A stretch of DNA of 62,062 nt, the filler included, from Choristocarpus tenellus KU-1152 (Eukaryota; Protista; Phaeophyceae): the NCBI GenBank assembly GCA_964200185.2. It is 8 parts of 8 records of this genome, joined end to end, with 100 filler letters (N's around TTAATTAATTAA, not from the genome) between each part and the next. Parts side by side here need not be neighbours in the genome. Positions count along the whole stretch, not along the records: positions 1 to 13,775 come from CAXNAD020001368.1; positions 13,876 to 22,097 come from CAXNAD020004977.1; 6 more parts are not named here. One strand, given 5' to 3'. The notes under the pieces were generated by a model, which was not told the origin of the DNA, did no database searches, and worked only from the letters and a program-made list of their open reading frames with translations. Position numbers and translations under genes: made by a program. Positions 11,201-21,910 of this stretch are shown here, piece after piece; the first letter of the stretch is position 1, and every line of letters begins with the position of its first letter.

Positions 11201-13775
11201 TCAGCAAAGAAGCACGCAGTGCACTAGAGTGTGAGGAATGTTGTGTCAGGGAGCATATGTCACACGTAGTATATATTATAATTATGTCAACATGATGCAA
11301 TTATTTTGAACTTCTCTTTTTCTCCTTGTACCAAAATATTACCTTAATTTATATCAATAGGAAGTGGCACCACTTATCATAGTTCCAATTGAGTACATTA
11401 TTATTTACTCCAAAGTAGTTGGTCAGGTAGTAGTTCTGTAGCTTAGGTTTGTAATCTCAACACCAAAATTGGTAGCTTGAAGTACCATAGTAAGAGTGCC
11501 ACCTAGCAAAAGTGCATAGTACCCCAGCTATAGTCCTTATCCTCGCCACCTTAACATGTGCCCAATACAAAAAAAATCACGATGGCACATTTTTCAGTGT
11601 GGGACACTGCTTCTTCTGTACCATTATTGAGTAACACAAGAATGTGCCAACAAGTTCTGTGCTTTTTTTGAAAATTCACAGTAGTGGTGTGTTTAATAGC
11701 ACAGCGTCCGTACATTTGATGCTCAACTATTTCAAGGTATGCTGTTTGTGAAGCCCTGACAACACACCCCCATTAGTTGCACATCATGCCTATCATGATT
11801 TAACTTCATGCTGCAAATATCCCCAAAATTGTCAGTATGAGGCACAACATTTGCCCATTCTGTGCCCAACAGCATGTGTCTACCCATCCAGCTCAACCAT
11901 GTGATCACAGGCTTGGACCACAATTGCGAAAAAGGACAGGAGGGGAGGATACAGGCAGATCTGCACTATGCATGGGATGAAGTGATGATCCATGCCACCA
12001 AGAGAGTTGTAGACGACCCAGACAGACCTCTCTGTAACCTGTGTTCAGAAAACTGTTACGGCCCTGATTCCTCCAAAGCCCAATTTGCCCCCCAAAAGGT
12101 CTATACTCTGACCCCATTTTCTCTACAACAAATATTCTCCAAGACTTTAGCTTGCAAAACATATCTAGTAGCTCTTGGAGTCCATTTCCTCCTTACCTTC
12201 CATCGTATCATAATAAAAGATGTGACAAATGGTGTGGGACAATGTATCAGCTACATAATTCAAGTACAACACAGGGTTGACCAGGAGTGTTTCTGATACG
12301 GGTACAGTGTGCCAGTGTCCACCCCATGTATGATGAACGCCATACACGGCATTATAAAACCAACATGGAATGACTGGACAAACAAAAAGTGTTTTTATAG
12401 GTCCTGTGCAGGGTCATTAGAGATCATGAGAGACGGGACCGGGCTGTGAGCCCACCCATCTGTGCCAAAAAAAAACATGCACCAAGTGTTATACTGTGGT
12501 CAACCGGGTCAACATCGAAAGATATTCTCATCTTCGTGACGAAAATGAAAGTTGAGTTGAGGAATTTCTAAAAAGCATGTCAAAATTGGGACAACTTCGG
12601 GGGCTGGCATGAAGTGTTTCAATTGAGTTGACACAATTCCAATACACTTTGAATAGGGTCGGTCCACGGCCGTTGGAGATTGGAACTAAGACTGGGCAAG
12701 AAATTGGCCTTCTCTTAACACACTTTTGGCGTAGCAGTTGTGTTGTACATATCCAAATCCAAGTCTGCTATGTGGGGCCCATGCTGGAGGTTGGGGAGAA
12801 TGGGTTGCAGTCTCAACTGCAAGGCTACCTGACCTACGCCTATTCATTGCAATTGCCAAATGGGCAGTGATGACCAGTGCAGTGTGTGTGATGCCTTTGT
12901 TGTGGTGTTAGAAAGGAGACATTGGTCTATAACTGCTCCTCCATAAATAATCAGAATACAATGGAAAGGGGGTATTATGCCTTGGAATGGCGTACCTATC
13001 CAATGTCATATTTGACCCCGCATGGTATGTCAAAGTACTTATTTTCATCCTGAAAATGGTTATGATAAGCATCAAAATGCACACCTTCAAATAGCTACTT
13101 TATGGACAAACAGGTCACAATATGGAGGCACCCTTCACCACAGGAGATACAGAACGTGAACAAAAAATATAGTTGTCACAGGCTGTACACAAACAACTTG
13201 GCACATGTAATTGCACCCTTCACAGTAATGATACATATGTAACAAAACAACAATGCAGTATCTTGGGCGAGATGTACTAGCTGGTGAAGGCTGGCAGTCG
13301 TAACCATGGGATCAAAGTAATCTCCTAACTAACTGCCTGGAAAGCACACACAATGCCCTATTTGACCATCTTTCCAGCATCTCCAGTCACTCATGGCAAC
13401 CCACCACACATCATCACACCAACACCATCTTGACATCATAAGACACTTCATAAAAAAATGCACACCATACAGGTATGAAGCCCCACACACCAGTTCATCC
13501 ACTCAAACATCACAACCACCTCAGCTTCCACACAGTCGCACGCTCCCACTTGTCTGCCCCACCTGGACCTTGAGTCTTACCAGCTGCCCTCCCCATTGGG
13601 ACTGATCCACATAGATGTGTCTTCTCCAAGCCCCATGACTCAACACCCTCCCTCACAGCAGCATCACCCACTCTGCACCTCCCCCCCCCCCATCCCAAAG
13701 CATCTGTGGCCGCAGTGGCACTCATCTGCCAACCCTTCTGAAGAGCTTGCCAAACATCCCGCCCGTACATCCACA

Positions 13776-13875
13776 NNNNNNNNNNNNNNNNNNNNNNNNN
13801 NNNNNNNNNNNNNNNNNNNTTAATTAATTAANNNNNNNNNNNNNNNNNNNNNNNNNNNNNNNNNNNNNNNNNNNN
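13776..13875. other. Artificial contig linker (44N-TTAATTAATTAA-44N); identical linkers at 22098, 31004, 42158, 48795, 52013 and 58690
   Basis: Seven identical 100-bp cassettes; the 12-mer is palindromic and places a stop in all six frames. Confidence 0.98.
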
Positions 13876-13964
13876 GTCCTATACGCACATCAGTATCATC
13901 TATAAGCCCGTAGGTTGGAACTATACATCCTGTGGAGGTAAGCTTTCGGGGGCGCCTGTAACAG

Positions 13965-14216
13965 TACTCCAATCATAAGCCTTTATTCTGTAACTTCTTA
14001 GGGACTTTGACAAATGTTACGCGTGCATTCCGAATCTTACTCTGTATCTTCTATGAAATCATCATTTATTCTGTAAGGCTACCTATGTGTTACTAATGTC
14101 GTATATATTGTTCGCACTTGTGAGAACGAGAAACAATACTCGCACTATACATCTGTCACAAATGTTCGTGTTTGTTAAGACATGGGAAGAAATGCTCGCG
14201 CTATTCGCATGTAACA
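13965..14216 (-). repeat. Dispersed repeat family B (LTR-like terminus TGTTACA.GCGAATAGCGCG)
   Basis: Highly similar to 53066-53388, which carries the 62-bp insert; the terminus recurs at 53690-53725. Confidence 0.75.
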
Positions 14217-15297
14217 GTAGTGCAGTATCATGTTCGAAGTTGTGCTCGAAGGGTGCACAAAGTTGTATGAGTAGGCCTCCGTGATTGAGAGATGTGTTTG
14301 TATGTAAATTGTGAAGAGTGCTGTACTAAGTAATGCTTGAAGGATGTATATGTGTGTGGAGTGTGTACAGTGTTGTTGAGTTTGAGCCACACAAGTTGAG
14401 TTGGGCATATGATTTTTAGTGTCAATAGCTTACACCCAACAACCCATCCAAGTCAGCCAGAACATATTCTACAGTCCTTCAGGAATGGTGTGCAGCACCA
14501 GCAGACCCTCTTCCCTTAATTAGGAAACATTGCATGCGGAACAATTCCAACACAGGGGCCTCAGGTGGGTTGGAGGAGGTGGTTTCGGACGGAATTCTCC
14601 CATGATCATCAAATACTAACTCACAACGCCCTTTCTCATCCATGTGTCTCTCACTAAAAATATGCTCTGGACGGTTCAAATTCCGGTGCTTTGCAGGCAC
14701 AGGAGTCCACCCTGAGATGCCCAGCAGTTTTGGTGAGAACACCAGTGCCTCGATTGTGTTTGGTATGCAACAGCTAAGTCCCCCAGATATTTGTTGTTTA
14801 GCACACTGAAGGACTGCTTGAAAAACCATGGAGATTAAACCATGCTACATCTTCTGGGTATAAAGTATTGGGTTAAAATATCTGCGGGGGGGGGGATTCC
14901 AGGTCCATTTTTCAATGTCGTAATATGTTCTATGTATTGTCAGGGACAGGTTACCTTTTTGGGGATCTCTGACATTGACAAGGATAATACGCGCTGTCAT
15001 ACACATTTGCGCGTCACCTGTTTCAATTGAGACCAGGACAAGTGATGTGTTGTGGGTCAGACGCACTACTGGCACGTGGTAACCCAACATGAACGGTGGA
15101 TACAAACTAGGAAGTCCGATATTGTGTTTCTGTTCTGGCTGGTCACAACCAATCACATTGAAGATTGATCCACATGGCATTCTGAGGCTGTCAACATACA
15201 CCCAGCATGCCTCAGTCTCATCTTTCACTTCCTTTCAGAACCTCATCTCTGGTGGTTCTTATCACCTCCCATCACACAGAACCAGGCACCATTACAG

Positions 15298-15945
15298 TAT
15301 TTATTTTATTATTATACCCTTCAACATTTTGTACATGTGCCATTTGTACATGGAAAGAACTAATGAAAACTATTCACATGTTTGAAAAATCTCTAACAGT
15401 TCTCACAAAAGTGAAAAATGTTTATTTCCTATTTCACTACCATGTTGTACTACTGCCTTCCTGTTTCTCAAACCTATTCCTGCACCCCAAGGTGATGAGC
15501 TAGGGAAGTATCCCCAAAAATTTAGTAACCACTTCCTCACCCATTTCCCTGATGACTCAGCTTTAAATACATGACACGTCAAGATCGGACTGCTTGTGTT
15601 GTGACTGAGATTATCTGGCGCAAGTGGGATTTGGCGACTCCTTTTCTGCTGTAGCCTCCAGTTCCTCTCCCCCCTACCGCATGTGTAGTTAGCTCATCCA
15701 GGAAATTTTCCGCTTGCTTGCCAAGGCGCCCAAAACTTTCCACCACAAAAATGTTGAGGTTATAAGTACGAGGATCAAAAGAGTCCTTGTAGTGGGTGCG
15801 CTTTTGCACCTCAGGTGCAACAGCAGCTACACCATTGCTGGTGAATGAATGTGGGAGGTGGGAAGTTGCCTGTACGTCTGCAAACATAACATCGAGTGGA
15901 AGGCCTTTGTCCCAGTAGGGGGCTGATCCTGCCTCTGTGAGTGCT
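15298..15945 (-). mobile_element. CRE-like (RLE clade) non-LTR retrotransposon, 5'-truncated remnant, copy 1
   Basis: Encodes LDVMFAD..GVAAVAPEVQKRTHYKDSFDPRTY..FVVESFGRLGKQAENFLDEL (restriction-like endonuclease C-terminus), plus the 3' UTR and AT-rich tail shared with the other copies. Confidence 0.75.
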
Positions 15946-16213
15946 TAATTTGGAATGCTGACTAGTTGTGTCCGGAAGGAATCAAAATGAATTCTATGTA
16001 TTGTATTGAATATATTCTATTCTATTCTATTCTCTATTATTACGTTATAGGTGATATGCCTCGATAGCGGTTTCATAAACACCATCATGACCTTGAAGTC
16101 CTAGAATTGATATATTTGTACTTCTTGACTATTTAGTTATTACTTAGGTATTACCATGCCCCCATATTGATACAGCACTGCCAGTTCCTTTTATATTATG
16201 ATATTGATGACAT

Positions 16214-16650
16214 TTTCAAAGGAAACATGGATATATATGAATCACATTTGTGAATAGGGAGATCAGAACTAGGGACCCATTTATTCTTGGCCGTATCAGA
16301 GTTGTATGCTTCAAAACCTTTGAAGGCCCAGTTCAGAAGGAACAAGTGTATACTCGGATTAGGTCAGACGCAATTCGAATGGGATTGTATCCTGTGACTT
16401 TGTAGACATGTACTTTCAAAGGGACACGGATATAAATTAATCACATTTGTGATTTGGGAGATCGGAACTGGGGACCCATTTATTTTAGCCCATGTCAGAG
16501 ATGTATACTTTACAACTTTTGAAAGTGTGTTTCTGAAGGAACAAGTGTATACTCAGATTAGCCCAGACACAAGCTGACTCTGACATCACATGGTATTCTG
16601 TGACCCTTGGGATAGATTTTCCCAAGGAAAACAAGGATATTTGCTGATCG
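16214..16650. repeat. About 200-bp tandem repeat, 2 copies plus a degenerate third start
   Basis: tttcaaagg..aatcacatttgtga..gggacccatttatt..aaggaacaagtgtatactc recurs at 16214 and 16414, with a decayed start near 16618. Confidence 0.8.
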
Positions 16651-16919
16651 ATTTTGGGCCTAGTGGAGTTGTATATATATTATGAAAGTATATACTCTGA
16701 TTTGGTCAGACATTTATTGATTCTGACTGTCTTACGACTTTTGGGGGTCCATCCTCAAAAGAAACTAGGGTATATCTCGATCATTGTTAGAAAAAAATGG
16801 TTAATTTGGAACTTGAGACCCTATGTTGGAATCACCTCGAAATTTGGAACTGGGGTCCCTTGTTAATAAATGGCAACCAATAGCATGTCTGCCTTCGCAC
16901 TCTAACCAGTGCGAGCAGT

Positions 16920-17920
16920 GGTACTATGACATTCCCTATTTTTATGTTATTGCTAGACATTTTTGTCTGTATTTGTTGAGGCATTATTCTTGTGCCTTGC
17001 ATTTATTTGTGTTGATAGTTGTGAAGGGGAGAGTCTTGTCATGACATTCCCTACTTTATGTAATTGTTAGACATGTTTGTCTGTATTTGAGACGTTCTTC
17101 TTGTCTTGTATTGTTTGTCTTGATAGTTGTGAAGGGGGAAAGTCTTGCTATGAAACTCTCTATTTTGATGATATTGTAAGACATTAGTCTTTATTTGCAT
17201 GTATGTTCATAGTTCGTAGGGAGGGTAAGCATTTCCATGGCAACACCCTACCTATGTAACTGTGAGGCATTGTGTTGGTGTTCTATAGTTGTTTGTGTTT
17301 ATAGTTCTGAAGGGGAAGCGTCTATGGCAGTACCCTATTTCAGTGCTATTGTGATTTTGCATCTATATTAATTTGTGTTGATATTTGTCAGGGGGGAGAG
17401 TCTTGCTATGTCACTCCCTATTTTTTTATTTTGAGACAGTCTTTTTTTAAATATGTTCTTAGCTGGTAGGGAGGGCAAGGCTTACTATGGCAGCACCTCA
17501 TTTTTATTTTGTGACTGTGAGACATTATATTGGTGTTCTGTGGTTTGTGTTTGTAGTTGTGAAAGGGGGCAGTCTATGGCAGTACCCTATTTCAGTGCTA
17601 TTGTAAGTTTGTGCCTGTATTAATTTGTGTTGATAGTTGTAAGGAGGGAGAGACTTGCTGAGACAGTCCCTTTTTTATTTTATTGTAAGACGTTTGTATT
17701 TTTCTGTATGTCCATAGTTCCTAGGGAGGGTAGGCCTTTCCATCGCAGCACCCAATCTCTTTTGTGACCGTGAGGCATTGTCTTGGTGTCCTGTAGTTTA
17801 TGTGTTTTAGTTCTGAAGGGAGAGAGTCTACGGCAGGACCCAAGTTCAGTTCTACTATGGTTTTGTGTCTGTATTTGTGTTTATAACCTTAGAGGGGGTG
17901 GAGTCTTTTGACAGCACCCT
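16920..17920. repeat. Degenerate array of 76-108-bp monomers with about 252-bp trimeric higher-order period
   Basis: Core tagtt(g/c)tgaagggg..agtc..tatg..cccta recurs about 11 times; like monomers recur near 17209/17460/17716, 17302/17554/17808 and 17384/17634/17885. Confidence 0.75.
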
Positions 17921-18238
17921 ACTTTTGATGTGTGTGTGAGAGACTCTGGTTTTGGAGGTTTTCTTTTGAACGTTTAGTCAAATGCAGAGTGAGTTCTGCA
18001 AAGTGCAAGTGTCGCGCTAGCATATCTGCTGTCAGGGGAAACATTGGAAGGGGGGTTTTCCTCCAGGTTTTCTCCTCTGATGGATTCCCAACGCTGCCCA
18101 CTGATATGTTTGGACCCGGAAGTAACATTCATTTCATTTCTGCTACGTTCATGATAGGATAAGGAGTGACATTACATTTCCTTGTCCAATCGCCTGTTTT
18201 ATCGCATTGAAGCAGTTGTGCTTCATGCTAGGGGGGCA

Positions 18239-18553
18239 TGTTACAGACGATATGTCTTGATGGCGGTTTCATAAACACCATCATGACCTTGAAGTTCTAG
18301 ATGTGATATATCTGTACTTCTTGACTATTTGTTTATTATTTATTTATTTCTTCTTTATTATCATGCCCCGAGGAGGTACATCGTTACCAGTTCCTTTTAT
18401 ATTATGATATTGACCATATCTATGAAGGGAATAACCCAGCATACTTGACGACTTGTGCATCAGGAGTCCTGTACGTGTATCATCGTTATCTATAGGCGTG
18501 TGGACTGGAGCTATACATCCCGTGGAGGTAAGCTTCTGGAGCGAACTGTAACA
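18239..18553 (+). mobile_element. LTR (family A, about 315 bp, TGTTACAG...CTGTAACA) preceded by a polypurine tract
   Basis: 8-bp inverted termini; AGGGGGGCA lies directly upstream. Related copies at 53734-54007 (+) and 33620-33972 (-), with partials at 16043-16212, 13876-13963, 52113-52187 and 52774-52850 (-). Confidence 0.7.
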
Positions 18554-19780
18554 ATTACATTACATAACATAATATTTATTTATTATATTGTACTCTGTTC
18601 TATTATATATACTATATATTTATTATTATGCCCTCTGACATTTTAGAGATGTGTCAGGGGAAAAACAATGAAAACTGTCCACATGTTAGAAAATCTCCCA
18701 AAAAGTAACAGTTGTGATAAATGTGAAAAACATTAATCTATTTCCTATTTTACAGTTAGCTATAGTGTACCACTGCCTTCCTGCCTCTCCAACCTAGTTA
18801 TTCCTGCACCCCAGGGCGAGGAGCAGAGGAAGCACCCCAAGAATCGAACAAGTCCCTCCTTGCCCATCTCCCTTGTGTCTCCAGCTTAAAACGCATGACA
18901 CATCTAGACAGGGCTACCTGCATTGTAACAGAGACAATTTGTCGTAGGCGGGATTTGGATTTTCTCCTGTAGCCTCCAGTTCCCCTCCCCCTACCGCGTG
19001 CGTAGCTAGCTCATCCAGGAGGCTTTCCGCTTGCTTACCAAGGCGCCCAAACCTTTCCACCTTGAAGGTGTTGATGTTATAACTACGAGGATCAAAAGAT
19101 TCCTCGTAGTGGGTGCACGTTCGCACCTCAGATGCAGCAGCAGCTACACCATTGCTGGTGGATGAGTGTGGCAGGTGAAATGCTGCCTACAGTTCAGAAA
19201 ACGTAACGTCCAGGAGGAGGCCATTGTCTCTGTAGGGAAATGATCCAGCGTCTGCGACTGCACCAGCATGGGAGACCAGATCCATGCAGATATTCTGTTT
19301 ATAGTAAATGGACTGCCGTCCTCCGTAGTGCAAGGGATGCCCATTCCTTCGCATAGTTGCCCCAGACGCTTCACCATCGGTGTGTGTTGGCAAACCTGTC
19401 CTCCTGCCCTAGGGCAGGTGTGGGTATGTCTGGTATCCAAATTCTGTCTCCTGCAACTAGTCACCAGGCAGCTGTTTGATAAGGTCTCCTCTCTCCCTAG
19501 GGATCTGCTGGCAGTGTTTTTGAACTCGACGGGGGGGATCTAGCATGCCGGCTCCAGGGGTTGTGTTGAGGCCCATGCATTTGCCCCTTGTCCACATTGG
19601 CTCTGGTGGCGTGTCGGGGCTAGCACGGAATTTTCTTCCCTTGCTCCACTTCATCATGTAAGGCGGCAAGTTGCATCCGGAAAGAGTCAAAGCGGATTTT
19701 GCTTAGGAGGCAAGTGATCTCGTGTTGTGCTCTCCTTTTAATCCTGGCATTGTGAGCTGCCAGAGTGTGGACCTCTGGGG
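18554..19780 (-). mobile_element. CRE-like non-LTR retrotransposon remnant, copy 2 (longest, frameshifted)
   Basis: Across frameshifts: HTHTCPRAGGQVCQH..MGIPCTTEDGSPF..MDLV..LLLDVTFSEL..THYEESFDPRSY..ERFGRLGKQAESLLDELATHAVGG, i.e. zinc-knuckle end plus RLE motifs. DNA is homologous to copy 1. Confidence 0.8.
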
Positions 19781-19801
19781 CTCAGTATATTATATTATAT
19801 T

Positions 19802-21130
19802 TGAGGAAAGCAGGTTTGTCTGTTGTTAAACCGTTATATATGTCGTATGCCAAATACAGGAAATACTGATTGAGGTTGTTTTCTGAGATCTTCGGTTCAA
19901 CAGTGTGGAGGATATTCGGAGTGAGAAATTTCCGTGTCTTCCCATAACGTCTCCTTTTGAGTGCGTCGTTCCGAAGACGGATCTACTATCTCTGAAGGGT
20001 TTATTTTCTGAAACCCATCCGAATCGTGATCCTCCCCACTTCCCCACTTTTTCCTGCAAGTCCTTTCAGTCTTGCATTTGTCCAGTCACAACCTCGTCCT
20101 CTCAGTTACAGTTCGTCTTTGCCCGTCTGGTCCGTCTTGCCCGGTGATTCTCTTCACCACCCTTGTCTAAGTGAAGCACGCTGCCACAGAATCATCGGAT
20201 TCATATTGGTGACACCGGTCAGATTCGAACTCTCGCGTGCGAAGCACACAAACTTTTACACAATACATACATTGTATTAGTGTGACGCAGTCCAATCCAC
20301 ATCCGCGCGTACACACAAGTGTATTGCGCGCACATTTCTTTGTCATTCGTGACTTTTCCACTAACGTCAAATACAGAAAACGTTTGAGGACCCTCAGACC
20401 ACTTACAGTTGAACGTTTACAAAGATGTAATATCACCCATCGGATCTGAGACCCCATCAAAACTTCTCCTAAGATTTGATGGTCGAGAGAACTTTGGGTT
20501 TGCTGGAAGGACCCCACCGTGACACAACTTGTGATTATGAACACCCCCCAAGACTGATTGGACCCTGCCTCGTGACAGTGGTACTCACGCCGACAGTCTT
20601 AAGGAAATTCACCAAGTTAGAAGTCCATATCATGGCAACATCAAACAAAAAATCGACCAAAGGCAAGTACGAGTTTGAGGATGCCAAGGCAATACTAAAC
20701 GTTCTCTAGATAAGATCTCGTCACCTCCACCAAACCTACCTGGCACATCCACAATCCTGACGACTGATTTAGTCGAAGGCATAATACCCTGGGAGACTCA
20801 CAGAAGCAAGAAAAGGAGGCGACGGACAAACCAGGGTCCTTTTCCATTTTGATGCACCATTGGGGTATTGGGTTGTGGTTCGTGTCGAAATTGGAGAGGA
20901 ATATGAAGTCCTGAGTGAGGGAGGTTATAAAGGATAATGCCAGTCAGTAAATACTAAGAGACTTGATACGTGCCAGCCTTTATGATTTCGCGGTAGCCGT
21001 CTCAATCCTGACAGCCACATTCAACCTGGTTGAAGTTACTCATGGACAGATAAGTACAGCACATCGTTCTAACCTCCATTTACTGTGAAAATTCTTTCTA
21101 CTGATTGGACCCTGCCTCACGACATTAGTT
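19802..21130 (+). mobile_element. 5' portion of an LTR retrotransposon: candidate LTR 19802-20203, PBS from 20207, decayed internal region
   Basis: TG...CA segment followed after 3 nt by TGGTGACACCGGTCAGAT, complementary to a CCA-ended tRNA 3' end. A 19-bp direct repeat (ctgattggaccctgcctc core) occurs near 20553 and 21100. LTR start is uncertain. Confidence 0.55.
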
Positions 21131-21910
21131 TTAATATATTATATAACGTATATTAGTATGATGTGTGACATTTTGGAGATGTGAATGTTATATTATTATG
21201 TCCTCTCACATTTTGCAGATGAGTCAGGGGAAAAGCCAATTCGATATTCATAACTCCTGTGAATGTAACAGTTGTCGTAAATGTGAAAAATATCTCTCCA
21301 AAATCTGTTTACTATTTTACTACCAGCTATGCTACACCACTCCCCTCCTATGCCTCCAACCTACCTTAGCCCTACACCCCAGGGTGAGGAGCTAGGGAAG
21401 CATCCCAAGAATCTGACAGGCCCCTACTTGCCCATCTCCCTGGTGTCTCCAGCTTAAAACACGTGACACGTCTTGATAGAGCCACTTGTGTTGTGACGGA
21501 CATTATCTGTCTTAAGCGGGATTGGACAGCCTCCTGTCCCTCTCCCCTCTACCGCGTGCGTAGCCAACTCATCCAGAACCTTTCTGCTTGCTTACCGAGG
21601 CGGCCAAAACTTTCCACTGTGAAGGTGTTAAGTGTTAAAACTACAAGTATGTATTCCGGTCAGTTGTAAGAAATCAGATGTACGGGAAGTGGTATAATAC
21701 CATATTCCACATGTATGTACTGTCAACACGACATTGGTGTATTATATATATATTATTATACCCTCTGACATTTTGAAGATGTGTTGGGGGAAAAGCCAAA
21801 CCAATATCACAAGGACCCCTGTAAAGAAAGGTAAAAGTTGTCAAAAATGTTCAAGATATCTCACTAACATCTATTTACTATTTGAACACCACCTATACTA
21901 CAACACTCCC
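21131..21910 (-). mobile_element. CRE-like remnants, copy 3 (21131-21645) and copy 4 (21740-21910, 3' UTR only)
   Basis: Nucleotide similarity to copies 1 and 2 (tattat..cctctgacattttg.agatgtg; cccatctccctggtgtctccagcttaaaac; ctcatccagaacctttctgcttgcttacc). Confidence 0.75.

Noticed and set aside
13820-13831. Recurrent palindrome TTAATTAATTAA as a biological site
   Set aside because: Always centred in an identical 44N-12-44N cassette, so it is an artificial six-frame-stop linker. No gene clustering was inferred across it.
11700-15290. 60-144-aa ORFs in this and similar intergenic stretches (also 60200-62000)
   Set aside because: No recognisable domains or splice chains, and many use non-ATG starts; consistent with chance ORFs in decayed repeats.
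20207-20290. Functional tRNA-Leu/Ser gene
   Set aside because: No 5' half, D arm or anticodon arm; encoded CCA and position after TG..CA fit a PBS.
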